The notes under the pieces: model-generated
What the model was told of the DNA's origin: nothing
The model's database searches: none
Seen by the model: the letters and a program-made list of their open reading frames with translations, nothing else
Source of the DNA: a virus
Lineage: Monodnaviria; Loebvirae; Hofneiviricota; Faserviricetes; Tubulavirales; Inoviridae
Direction: 5' to 3' (one strand)
DNA length: 29,483 nucleotides
IMG/VR virus record: IMGVR_UViG_2851976983_000002
Shown here: positions 10,846-19,773 of the stretch, piece by piece
Position numbering within the stretch: the stretch's first letter is position 1
Layout of the letters: each line of letters starts with the position of its first letter
Translations under genes and position numbers: made by a program

Positions 10846-10947
10846 ATGCTCACGACTGAATTTTTCGTTCTTATTCTCTTTGGTGCTGTGCCAGTGCTGA
10901 TATTTTCACTGGCTTTTATTGGCGGAGTCATTACGGGAAGGCGTTAA
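10846..10947 (+). CDS. gVII-like small hydrophobic protein, copy 2
   Basis: Identical copy of 2576..2677. Confidence 0.45.
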   Translation: MLTTEFFVLILFGAVPVLIFSLAFIGGVITGRR

Positions 10948-10949
10948 TC

Positions 10950-11108
10950 ATGCTTTCTGAGACAAATTTTCTTGTGACAATATCCGGCGTGGGTTCTTAT
11001 CCTCCGCTTGTTGCGCTTTTTGGTATATGGGCCATCAGCTGGCTTGCCGGTTTTGGCTTCGGGTATGTGTTTTCCCTGACGAAAACACTTTTTTCATCTT
11101 TTTTGTAA
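10950..11108 (+). CDS. gIX-like small hydrophobic protein, copy 2
   Basis: Identical copy of 2680..2838. Confidence 0.4.
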   Translation: MLSETNFLVTISGVGSYPPLVALFGIWAISWLAGFGFGYVFSLTKTLFSSFL

Positions 11109-11128
11109 TAATACAGGAGTTATATATT

Positions 11129-11404
11129 ATGTCTGTTCGTGAAAAAGCAGTTACGTTCGTAAAAAAACCTCTGGTCATTGCATCTTCCCTGATGCTGGCG
11201 TCCGGTCCTGTTCTGGCTGAAGGGGTGAGTTATACCCCCGGACAGGCAGTTATCAACCAGGATATGATTGACCCGGTGGTGAACTCCATTTTGTCAACGC
11301 TGGGCGTGGTGGGTACCGCAGCATTTCTTTTACTGGGCTTTGGCGTTTCTTTAATGATTGGTTTCCGCGTAGTTAAATCCCTCTTCAGAATGGCATCTTC
11401 CTGA
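11129..11404 (+). CDS. Major coat protein precursor, copy 2
   Basis: Identical copy of 2859..3134. Confidence 0.8.
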   Translation: MSVREKAVTFVKKPLVIASSLMLASGPVLAEGVSYTPGQAVINQDMIDPVVNSILSTLGVVGTAAFLLLGFGVSLMIGFRVVKSLFRMASS

Positions 11405-11425
11405 TGCTGTTTAATTAATAATACA

Positions 11426-11448
11426 GGGGCCGTGCGCCCCTTTTTTAT
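11426..11448 (+). terminator. Rho-independent terminator after coat gene, copy 2
   Basis: Identical copy of 3156..3178. Confidence 0.6.
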
Positions 11449-11459
11449 CAGAGGTCATT

Positions 11460-12788
11460 ATGCGGCTGTTATTTCTGCTTTTATTTCTTCCGTTCTTTTC
11501 ATCTGCTGAGTCATTCACAAGAACATTTGCGCCTTTTAATTTAACGGAGTCTGATGAGGCCTGTATTTCCCGTCCGGCGCTGCAGGGGTCACTTTCCGGG
11601 GCGTTTCGCAGTGATAATACATGGTATGCTGTTGTGGATGGCTGTATTTATATGGCGACAGGTGTGATTGTTGGCAGTGAAACAGGTGATGTCGCCGCTA
11701 CTAACTGGATCCCTGTGGCAGCTTATGAGCCTTCGGATGGTGATGGCGGTGACGGGGATAACAGTTCCGGCGGCAACGGGGACAACAGTTCCGGTGATGA
11801 TAATGATAACGCTGTATCCGGTCAGGTTTCTGCTGTCTATTTGCTTGAACTTGCGGATACACTGAGGAGGCAGGAGTGTGATAATAATCCGCTGTTAATC
11901 TGTGGTTCATTTTCAGGATATTATCCCCCGCGGGAAACTATGCCTTTATCTGAGTTGCGCGCTCACGCAAAATATTACTCCTGCACTCCCAACGGTTCCG
12001 GCTGGCAGAACCTTTATAACAGCACCTGTTATTTAAGGGAGGGTTATAAAATTGAGGACGGGAAAATTGTTCCTGACAACGGTAATGAGGAAGATAACAA
12101 CGGTAGTGAAGATAATAATTCCGGCAGCGATGGCGGTAATAATTCCGGTGGTGGAAATACCGGGAGTGACGGCAATGATAATAACACCGGAAACGGGGAT
12201 GACGGTCTTTCTGATGAGTGGGGAAGAAAAATATATTATCTGCTGAATGCCGGACTGCCTGCCATCGGAGACAAAATTGACAGTTTTCATAGCAGCTACA
12301 TTGAACTTCAGAATAAAACCCTTGTTACCATGGATTATATGACAGAAAGGCAGGTGAAATATTTACACAGCATTGATGAAAAATTTGGCGCACTGACAGA
12401 GCCGGATAAAAACTACTCTTCGTCTCAGGCGCAGTTTAACAGCACTATGCAGGGGATTATTGAGAACGGTATAAGTTCAGTGGAGCAGGGCGTACAGGAC
12501 CGGATTCAGGAACTTATTCCCCTGATTGAAGATTATGTGCCTGTGCTTAATTTTTCCGGCATTATTCCTCAGGGCTTCTTCGGCAATAACAGGGATGTCT
12601 GTGTGCCACTGGATTTAAGTTTTTCATTCCGGCCTTTCGGGGGTGAGGAAATGCCCTTTAATCTCTCCACGGAAGGTGTCTGTCGTATTTATGACGGTTA
12701 TCTGCGGGAGGTTATTCGCTTTTTTATTTATGTCATCACCGCAGTGTCATTAGTCATCCTGGTTGATAAATCATTATCCGGTAGGTAA
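11460..12788 (+). CDS. gpIII-like adsorption protein, copy 2
   Basis: Identical copy of 3190..4518. Confidence 0.8.
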   Translation: MRLLFLLLFLPFFSSAESFTRTFAPFNLTESDEACISRPALQGSLSGAFRSDNTWYAVVDGCIYMATGVIVGSETGDVAATNWIPVAAYEPSDGDGGDGDNSSGGNGDNSSGDDNDNAVSGQVSAVYLLELADTLRRQECDNNPLLICGSFSGYYPPRETMPLSELRAHAKYYSCTPNGSGWQNLYNSTCYLREGYKIEDGKIVPDNGNEEDNNGSEDNNSGSDGGNNSGGGNTGSDGNDNNTGNGDDGLSDEWGRKIYYLLNAGLPAIGDKIDSFHSSYIELQNKTLVTMDYMTERQVKYLHSIDEKFGALTEPDKNYSSSQAQFNSTMQGIIENGISSVEQGVQDRIQELIPLIEDYVPVLNFSGIIPQGFFGNNRDVCVPLDLSFSFRPFGGEEMPFNLSTEGVCRIYDGYLREVIRFFIYVITAVSLVILVDKSLSGR

Positions 12789-12790
12789 AT

Positions 12791-13150
12791 ATGCCAGCTG
12801 TTTTTATGGGACTGACCGTCTTTTTTAAGGATATGATGATATTTCTGGTGCCGTTTATTTTCCGGTGCCTCCTGCGTTTTTTTCTCCTCAAGTCCGTGAT
12901 TGCACTGACCACGGTCGGGGTCTGGTATGGGTTTTACAGCGTTTTTATTTCCTTCGTGAATGAAAAGTTTTCTTCCCTGATGCTGACCTCTCCGGTATTC
13001 ACGCATCCGGTCTGGATCAGCGTGTCCAGCCTGTTTCCGGATAACCTTCCGGTCTGCCTGAATATTATTACCGGCGCATGGTCGCTGTATTTTGCCTTCC
13101 GGGTGAAGGCTTTCATTCTCGGAAAACTGACACTGGGTTTAATGAAGTAG
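12791..13150 (+). CDS. gpVI-like minor coat protein, copy 2
   Basis: Identical copy of 4521..4880. Confidence 0.7.
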   Translation: MPAVFMGLTVFFKDMMIFLVPFIFRCLLRFFLLKSVIALTTVGVWYGFYSVFISFVNEKFSSLMLTSPVFTHPVWISVSSLFPDNLPVCLNIITGAWSLYFAFRVKAFILGKLTLGLMK

Positions 13151-13157
13151 GGGTGTT

Positions 13158-14414
13158 ATGGCTGTTTACTGGGTGACAGGAAAAATGCGCAACGGGAAGG
13201 GGCTGTTCTGCTCCATGGTGGCAAAACAGTTTTACCGTCGCGGACACAGAATTGCGGCAAATTACCCGCTTGATACTGAAAAAATGGACCCGGCTTCATC
13301 GCATCCGTTGACCGTGCTTCCGGCCCGTCCTCGTCCTGAAGATTTCTGGGCGCTGGGGCGTGGTTGTGATGAAAATGAGAAGGAGCGGTTTGGTGCGTTA
13401 TTTCTGGATGAGGTCGGAACATGGCTTAACGGCACATCTTCCGGCCGGGAATACCTGGAATATTACAAATGGTTTGTACAGTCCGGGAAACTGGGCTGGG
13501 ATGTTTATATTCAGGTGCAGGATGAATCCGCCGTTGACAGCAAAATATTTAAATCCACGGGTGAGCTGATTGTCCGCTGCCGTCGTCTTGATCGTATTCG
13601 TGTCCCGGTCGTGTCCGATATTCTGGAACTCTGCATGCCGGATAAGTTTGGCGATACGGGCAGCCGGAAAGGGCTTCTGCCGCACCTGATTTCGGCAAAA
13701 ATTTATATCGGTGTTCCCCGGGCGAATTCCCGTCCCAATGAATCCCGCGTTTTTTATGCGCCGTCCTTTTACGGTATCCATCCGACAAACATGGTATTTG
13801 ATGACGGAATGGAACTGCTCGGAACGGGTGAGCATCAGCGGGTCTGTGATATGCGCGCCATGTATTCCCTGTTGCCCGGCAGAACCCTCCGGCAGTTCCG
13901 GCGGCTGCGTGAGCGGCAGGAGAAAGGGGATTTGCAGACCTTCACGGCAGAGGAACGAAAGGAGCAGCAACAGGCGCGCCGTAAAAAACTGTTGTCCGTT
14001 GTGGTGGGTGGCCTGTTTTTCTGGTTCTGGGGACGTCTTGTGCTGGATTTTTTCTCCGGCACACCTGATGAGCCGGCTGCAACGGTCATGCAGGCACCAC
14101 CACAGGTAATCACCACTGAAAAAGCGCCGCCTGTACCACAGGTCGCATCTCCGGCAGAACTGCCGCTTTCCCGTGTCTGGCGGCTTTCCGGTCATATGCG
14201 TGACGGTAACGGGCAGGGGGTTTTTATTCTGCGCAGTAACAGCAACGTCACGCGGCTTGTGCGCAGTGAACTGCCGTATGAAGGGCTGCTTACTGTACTG
14301 GAACTGGATGGCGAACACATCACGTTTCACAGCGGGTCAGGCAGTGAACCTTCCCCGTCGCGTTCGTCCGGCAGCGGTGCCGGGGGGATGTCCGTTTCTC
14401 TCACCACACCATAG
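13158..14414 (+). CDS. gpI/Zot-like assembly protein, copy 2
   Basis: Identical copy of 4888..6144. Confidence 0.85.
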   Translation: MAVYWVTGKMRNGKGLFCSMVAKQFYRRGHRIAANYPLDTEKMDPASSHPLTVLPARPRPEDFWALGRGCDENEKERFGALFLDEVGTWLNGTSSGREYLEYYKWFVQSGKLGWDVYIQVQDESAVDSKIFKSTGELIVRCRRLDRIRVPVVSDILELCMPDKFGDTGSRKGLLPHLISAKIYIGVPRANSRPNESRVFYAPSFYGIHPTNMVFDDGMELLGTGEHQRVCDMRAMYSLLPGRTLRQFRRLRERQEKGDLQTFTAEERKEQQQARRKKLLSVVVGGLFFWFWGRLVLDFFSGTPDEPAATVMQAPPQVITTEKAPPVPQVASPAELPLSRVWRLSGHMRDGNGQGVFILRSNSNVTRLVRSELPYEGLLTVLELDGEHITFHSGSGSEPSPSRSSGSGAGGMSVSLTTP

Positions 14415-14423
14415 GGACAGAAT

Positions 14424-15644
14424 ATGAATATCAGAAAATTACTTCTCCCGGTGCTGCCTGCAATGGCGCTGTTATTCCCGCTGCCGTCGTTTTCAGCCGG
14501 GACGGAACTGGATATTAACCGCATGAGCCTGCCTGATGCGGTGACGCTGCTCTGGACGGAAGTCCTGAAAACACCGTTCATGCTGGCCCCTGAACTGGTC
14601 AATGACCCGCGGGCCGTCACGCTGCATATTTCACCGGATATCGATGAACGGGAATTTATTACCCGTTATCTCGGTAATATGAATATCAGGATAAGCCGTA
14701 AAAAGGGCGTTGATTATATTTACAGTCATACACCTGCCGCACCAGAGGAGCCGCTGAAATCCCTTGTTTACACGCCCCGTTACCGGACAGTGGAGTATCT
14801 GCATCAGGCGCTTTCCGGTCTGGGTCAGCTTCCGGCCGCACAACAGCCGGTTCAGGGGGCAAACGGTGAGCAGACATGGCAGGCGGTCAGCAGTGGTACC
14901 CGGTTCATCAGTGCATCCGGGGATGTGTTTGTGTTCCGGGGAACGGCCCGGGAAGTTGAGCTTGTCCGGCAGCTTCTGCCGCAGATTGACGTCAGGGCAC
15001 AGGAGGTTTCGGTTGCCGGGTATGTGTTTGAGGTCCAGACCAGTGAGCGTAACGGTTCAGGTCTGGCGCTGGCCGCAGAGCTTTTATCCGGTCGTTTCAG
15101 TATCACCATGAGCAGCGCATCGGGGCTGGATAACTTTATTCGCCTCAGCACGGGGTCTGTTGATGCAATGTATGAGTTATTCAGGACCGACAGCCGTTTT
15201 CAGGTGGTCAGTTCGCCACGTCTGCGCGTTATCTCCGGTAAGGAGGCGGTTTTCAGCGTGGGGTCTGATGTGCCGGTTCTGTCATCAGTGTCATGGCAGG
15301 ATAAGGTTCCGGTGCAGTCCGTGGAATACCGCAGCAGCGGGGCTATTTTTCGGGTAAAACCCACCGTGACGCAGGATGTGATAGGTCTGGATATCGTTCA
15401 GCAGCTGAGTAACTTTGCAAAAACGGATACGGGGGTGAATAACACGCCAACGCTGATAAAGCGCGAGGTGTCCACGTCGGTGAGTCTGAATGACGGTGAT
15501 ATCATTGTGCTGGGCGGACTGGCGGAGAACAAGACATCAAAGGCGCGGACAGGGCTTTCATTTCTGCCGGATGTGTTTGGTTCAGACTCTGATGAACGTG
15601 CGAAAACCGATATCATCGTCGTTCTTCAGGCCCGGCGGGTCTGA
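14424..15644 (+). CDS. gpIV secretin, copy 2
   Basis: Identical copy of 6154..7374. Confidence 0.85.
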   Translation: MNIRKLLLPVLPAMALLFPLPSFSAGTELDINRMSLPDAVTLLWTEVLKTPFMLAPELVNDPRAVTLHISPDIDEREFITRYLGNMNIRISRKKGVDYIYSHTPAAPEEPLKSLVYTPRYRTVEYLHQALSGLGQLPAAQQPVQGANGEQTWQAVSSGTRFISASGDVFVFRGTAREVELVRQLLPQIDVRAQEVSVAGYVFEVQTSERNGSGLALAAELLSGRFSITMSSASGLDNFIRLSTGSVDAMYELFRTDSRFQVVSSPRLRVISGKEAVFSVGSDVPVLSSVSWQDKVPVQSVEYRSSGAIFRVKPTVTQDVIGLDIVQQLSNFAKTDTGVNNTPTLIKREVSTSVSLNDGDIIVLGGLAENKTSKARTGLSFLPDVFGSDSDERAKTDIIVVLQARRV

Positions 15645-16442
15645 GTGTGTGATGATGTCCGTCAGGACATGTAAGGCGGCATGATGAAGTTTCATGTGAC
15701 GCAGATGTCAGCCCGCCGAAACCGGGGAGAGATGACAGAGCAGCAGGAAACAGCGCAACGCGCCGCCTGCCAGACCGCCTTTTAGCGGGCAGCCAGCGAG
15801 ACGAGCGGCGCAAGACGGGAGTCGGACAGTCATTGATGAAGCCGTTCGATGGAATTGATGACTGACAGGCCGTCTTTTTGAGCCGGAATTTTCAAACAGA
15901 GGTCCTGATGTGTTATCGGCGATAATGTTTTACTCGTTACAATTTGCGCACTCTGTTATGTGGCAGTGGACTGGCACATACTGAGGCGGACATAACGTTG
16001 GTTTAGACGCGTACATCCCATAATTACCTGGATTTTCCAGTGCGCCTTATAACTTTCCCAGGTTATAGGGCGTTTTCTTTTTTACTTCCCGGTGTACCCA
16101 CACGAACATCTCAATTCAGCCATCACAACGCCAGAGGCCGTCTTTTGAGCCGGAATTTTCAACAAGAGGTCTGCAGGTGTTATCCGCCGTAATGTTTACT
16201 TGTTATAGTCTTGCTGCTCATCTATGTGAGGGTGAGTAGGTAGTAGACACATAATGTCAGTTAAGGCCGTATATCACGTTGATTGAGACGTAAATTACGT
16301 TGACTGAGACGGATATTTCATTGTATCCATTTCTGGATTTTCCGGGACGCTTTATAACTTTCCCAGGTTATAAGGCGTTTTCTTTTTTTACTCCCGGGTT
16401 TGTGTACCCACACGGACACCTTAATTCAGCTACCACAACGCC

Positions 16443-16535
16443 AGTGCGCATAATGTGTTACACGTTATGTTGAAAAGGCCGCTGCGATACTCTCCACCGC
16501 AGCGGCCTTTTTACACATAACGTCATTGTGCGCAC
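16443..16535. other. attP-like double dif site at the A/B junction
   Basis: Same sequence as 8173..8265; A and B sequences diverge immediately after ...cgcactggcc (16540). Confidence 0.7.
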
Positions 16536-16643
16536 TGGCCCTCAGTTCTCCGGTCTGAATTCGTCGCCCTGATAAGCAGGTTTTAGCAATGGGAAAACAG
16601 GTGGCTCCTGTTATCGATGCAGAATGTCCTGACCTCAGCCGTA

Positions 16644-16720
16644 CCGCACCGCAGCGAGTGGAGGCGGAGAAGGACGACGGGAGGAGGACGCCGACAACGA
16701 CAGGAGCGAGGGCGGTGCGG
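16644..16720. other. Conserved purine-rich element in variant B, closed by CCGCACCGC/GCGGTGCGG (copy at 24666..24742)
   Basis: Same core as A 262..301 but with a different closing inverted repeat (16644..16652 with 16712..16720). Confidence 0.4.
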
Positions 16721-16831
16721 CTGTTGTTCAGACAGACAGCGACGCCCCCGAAACCATCGTTTAATTTTTAACCGCGGAGCGGTTCGGGAGTTCTGTTACA
16801 CCCGATATTTACCGCGGATTCCCGCGATCCT

Positions 16832-17107
16832 TTACTGATTTCCTTTCTCTTTTGCTAGCCTAATCCACATTGCCTTTAGATCCTTGTCCTTTTCCTTTTG
16901 GGCATTGACTGTGGCTATGATTTCTATAGGGTCTATTTTTAAGGCATTGGCTATTTTTAGGCACTTATCATGTCCAATTAAAGCCGTATTATTCCTTATT
17001 TTTGTCATGCTTTGTCTTGGTATTCCGAGATATTGTGCTGTAGCATAGTCGCTTTGCAGTTTTAACCTCTCTTTTAGCTCATCGATGTAATCTTCTAACC
17101 ATTTCAT
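16832..17107 (-). CDS. HTH-type transcriptional regulator (about 91 aa), divergent from rep; repressor candidate
   Basis: HTH-like segment ATAQYLGIPRQSMTKIRNN; start trimmed to the internal ATG with GAAGGGAAC upstream because the 181-aa track ORF would overlap the rep start and promoter. Confidence 0.55.
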   Translation of the reverse strand: MKWLEDYIDELKERLKLQSDYATAQYLGIPRQSMTKIRNNTALIGHDKCLKIANALKIDPIEIIATVNAQKEKDKDLKAMWIRLAKEKGNQ

Positions 17108-17245
17108 ATTTTTGTTCCCTTCGTCTTTTTCCATATTATGTTGCGGTGTAACTTCACTTGCTACGTAACATTTATGTTGACAGTAACATGTCAATGTTCT
17201 TATAGTAACATCTATGGTTACATCTAACTTTTTCATGTTCGTTTT
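17108..17245. promoter_or_regulatory. Divergent promoter/operator region of variant B (copy at 25130..25267)
   Basis: 18-bp perfect palindrome TTGACA-gtaaca-TGTCAA (17177..17194) giving -35 hexamers on both strands; TATAGT 18 nt downstream; four TAACAT repeats (about 17166, 17184, 17205, 17218). Confidence 0.5.
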
Positions 17246-18373
17246 ATGAATTTTGACTGGTTGAAAGCTCGGCAGGACTTTGGTTTTGAACTGCCCCACA
17301 TCAGTAATGTGGGTTATCAGCGCATACACCTTGAAACGGGAGAAGTTTCTTCTCTTTCTCAACCTGTTTTTGTTCATGAAGGATCTTTCAGTGACGTTGT
17401 TTCTATCAAAATTCGTGGTTCTGAACTGACAATGTCCGGTAATCCGTCGCGGTGGGGAAAGCTGGATAACGTTTTTGGATGTGCCTCAATGGATGAATGT
17501 TTTGATGTTTTTAACCAGATCTTGCGCTCGCTTGGGTTGCCGGAGTTTACCAAAGGGCGTCGACGAAAACTTCGTCAATGTGCAGATGGTTCTTACTGCG
17601 GTCATGTATGGGATGGCGCTCAGGTCATTGAGACACATGTGAACAGAAATATTGCTGTTGGTCCGGGTAATGAAAACAGTGTAATACGAGCGCTTTCTAT
17701 GCTGACTTTTCGTCGGATGAATGGAAATCTACGACCTAATGGTCAGACTGCTGATTTCATGACGGATGGGGGGAGAGTTAATTACATGTATCCAAGTATT
17801 TATAATAAAAGTCATGATCTCCTTATCCATTCAATGAAAAAGACAGAGAAAAAATTTGGTACTGATAGTGAAGAATATCGCTACCTCCAGAAATTGTATG
17901 AGTTCCTGCTTATATATGGTGTAATCAGGTTTGAACTGAAATTAAAAAGACGTTTTCTGAAGAAACAGAATCTTACTGACTGGGGTTATGCTGATTTTGA
18001 AGGTGAGTTATATCCTTTATTAAATGAGTTTGTTGATATACATAAAAAAACGAGACCTTCTACTATGGATGTAAAAAGTGTTGCTTCAGAACTTTTAGAG
18101 AAAAAGATAGTTGACACTGTCAGGGCTGCGCACACAACTGCTTTTTATGCGTATTCATGGGCTAACGGCGAGAGATTTGACTTTTCTAAACGACAAGTTC
18201 AGGAGCATCGTGCCAGACTTCGTAAAATTGGTATAGATATCGCGCGGGAATACAATGTTTCTCTGTTTCCTGGCGTCATCATCAGAGAAATTAAAGAGAT
18301 TGAGTTTAATGATGTTGTTGTGAAACCAGATTTTTATCGTGAGCGTAAAGCAGAACTATATCTTGTTGCTTAA
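17246..18373 (+). CDS. Replication initiation protein of variant B (375 aa; family uncertain, not alignable to the variant A Rep by eye)
   Basis: First large gene downstream of the divergent regulator, followed by a gpV-like gene; contains IRFELKLK segment. Confidence 0.55.
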   Translation: MNFDWLKARQDFGFELPHISNVGYQRIHLETGEVSSLSQPVFVHEGSFSDVVSIKIRGSELTMSGNPSRWGKLDNVFGCASMDECFDVFNQILRSLGLPEFTKGRRRKLRQCADGSYCGHVWDGAQVIETHVNRNIAVGPGNENSVIRALSMLTFRRMNGNLRPNGQTADFMTDGGRVNYMYPSIYNKSHDLLIHSMKKTEKKFGTDSEEYRYLQKLYEFLLIYGVIRFELKLKRRFLKKQNLTDWGYADFEGELYPLLNEFVDIHKKTRPSTMDVKSVASELLEKKIVDTVRAAHTTAFYAYSWANGERFDFSKRQVQEHRARLRKIGIDIAREYNVSLFPGVIIREIKEIEFNDVVVKPDFYRERKAELYLVA

Positions 18374-18385
18374 GGAGATTTAATT

Positions 18386-18748
18386 ATGGCTAAGATAACG
18401 CTTGATACCCGTGACCTTCTGATTGTTGTTGTAGAAGAAGGGGATGATGTTATTGAAGTAAATACTTTTTCCTATCAGGAAAAAGATAAGAATGGTGAAC
18501 CAGTATTTAATGATGATGGTTCAAAAAAGATGATTGAGCGTGAATCACGTATACAGAAGATGTTATTAGAGCGTGGTCGCGAGCGTATTGAAATCGTTGT
18601 TCCAGTTAATGAGGGGCAGCCACCATATTCGGTTGGTCGTTATCTTATTCACCCTTCATACTTCAAAGTCAATGAACGCGGAGCCATTAATACAGCACGT
18701 CCATGGGATTTGACATTTATCCCTCTTGATTCAAAAGATGTAAAATAG
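18386..18748 (+). CDS. ssDNA-binding protein (gpV-like)
   Basis: VVPVNEGQPPYSVGRYLIHPSYFKVNERG aligns with the recalled M13 gpV segment ITLDEGQPAYAPGLYTVHLSSFKVGQFG; AAGGAG Shine-Dalgarno. Confidence 0.7.
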   Translation: MAKITLDTRDLLIVVVEEGDDVIEVNTFSYQEKDKNGEPVFNDDGSKKMIERESRIQKMLLERGRERIEIVVPVNEGQPPYSVGRYLIHPSYFKVNERGAINTARPWDLTFIPLDSKDVK

Positions 18749-18830
18749 TAATAAATCTCTTTTTTTATTATTCTGGCAGTGGCGTTTTCTGTCATATAAG
18801 ACGCCATTGTGTTTTGTGAGGCGTTCTAAT

Positions 18831-19136
18831 ATGAACAGTAAAGCAGAGCCTGTTTTTGTAATAAATGTTTATCCTCCAACGTATGGGCGTGACGCTATAA
18901 ATCTTCTTTGCGATTATTACAAAGAGGCTCATAAGTCATTGATTAATTCAGATACGTCTGCTGCCGAAATTATTCTTCATGACTGCGTGCGACGGATTCA
19001 ACTCATCATTAACAATGAGAGTATAAAACTGGATTCTTATGAATTAACAAAATTACTCAGGCTTCATCAGGTATGCGTTGAACTTTTACAACAGTACTGT
19101 TTGCAGGGATTTTCTCCTGAAACAGAAAAACTGTAA
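18831..19136 (+). CDS. Hypothetical protein (101 aa), variant B-specific accessory ORF between gene V and gene VII homologues
   Basis: Intact ORF with GAGG upstream of the second ATG; no counterpart in variant A; no motif recognised. Confidence 0.45.
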   Translation: MNSKAEPVFVINVYPPTYGRDAINLLCDYYKEAHKSLINSDTSAAEIILHDCVRRIQLIINNESIKLDSYELTKLLRLHQVCVELLQQYCLQGFSPETEKL

Positions 19137-19159
19137 TTATCATTCGCCTTAATGAGATT

Positions 19160-19261
19160 ATGTCAGTAGCGGAATTTTTCGTTCTTATTCTCTTTGGCGC
19201 TGTGCCAGTGCTGATATTTTCACTGGCTTTTATTGGCGGAGTCATTACGGGAAGGCGTTAA
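19160..19261 (+). CDS. gVII-like small hydrophobic protein (33 aa)
   Basis: MSVAEFFVLILFGAVPVLIFSLAFIGGVITGRR; the A/B homology breakpoint lies within its first codons. Confidence 0.45.
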   Translation: MSVAEFFVLILFGAVPVLIFSLAFIGGVITGRR

Positions 19262-19263
19262 TA

Positions 19264-19422
19264 ATGCTTTCTGAGGCAAATTTTCTTGTGACAATATCCG
19301 GCGTGGGTTCTTATCCTCCGCTTGTTGCACTTTTTGGTATATGGGCCATCAGCTGGCTTGCCGGTTTTGGCTTCGGGTATGTGTTTTCCCTGACGAAAAC
19401 ACTTTTTTCATCTTTTTTGTAA
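19264..19422 (+). CDS. gIX-like small hydrophobic protein (52 aa)
   Basis: Homologue of 2680..2838 (one Thr to Ala change). Confidence 0.4.
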   Translation: MLSEANFLVTISGVGSYPPLVALFGIWAISWLAGFGFGYVFSLTKTLFSSFL

Positions 19423-19442
19423 TAATACAGGAGTTATATATT

Positions 19443-19718
19443 ATGTCTGTTCGTGAAAAAGCAGTTACGTTCGTAAAAAAACCTCTGGTCATTGCATCTT
19501 CCCTGATGCTGGCGTCCGGTCCTGTTCTGGCTGATGATGTGAGTTATACCCCCGGACAGGCAGTTATCAGTAAAGCAATGATTGACCCGGTGGTGAACTC
19601 CATTTTGTCAACGCTGGGCGTGGTGGGAACCGCAGCATTTCTTTTACTGGGCTTTGGCGTTTCTTTAATGATTGGTTTCCGCGTAGTTAAATCCCTCTTC
19701 AGAATGGCATCTTCCTGA
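19443..19718 (+). CDS. Major coat protein precursor (variant B allele)
   Basis: Same as A except mature N-terminus DDVSYTPGQAVISKAM versus EGVSYTPGQAVINQDM. Confidence 0.8.
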   Translation: MSVREKAVTFVKKPLVIASSLMLASGPVLADDVSYTPGQAVISKAMIDPVVNSILSTLGVVGTAAFLLLGFGVSLMIGFRVVKSLFRMASS

Positions 19719-19737
19719 TGCTGTTTAATTAATAATA

Positions 19738-19761
19738 CAGGGGCCGCGCGCCCCTTTTTTA
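19738..19761 (+). terminator. Rho-independent terminator after coat gene
   Basis: GGGGCCGCGCGCCCC hairpin plus TTTTTT. Confidence 0.6.
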
Positions 19762-19773
19762 TCAGAGGTCATT

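Noticed and set aside
16832-17377. Full 181-aa version of the variant B regulator ORF
   Set aside because: The extension overlaps the rep start codon and the palindromic promoter region; the HTH-containing C-terminal portion with an internal start is more plausible.
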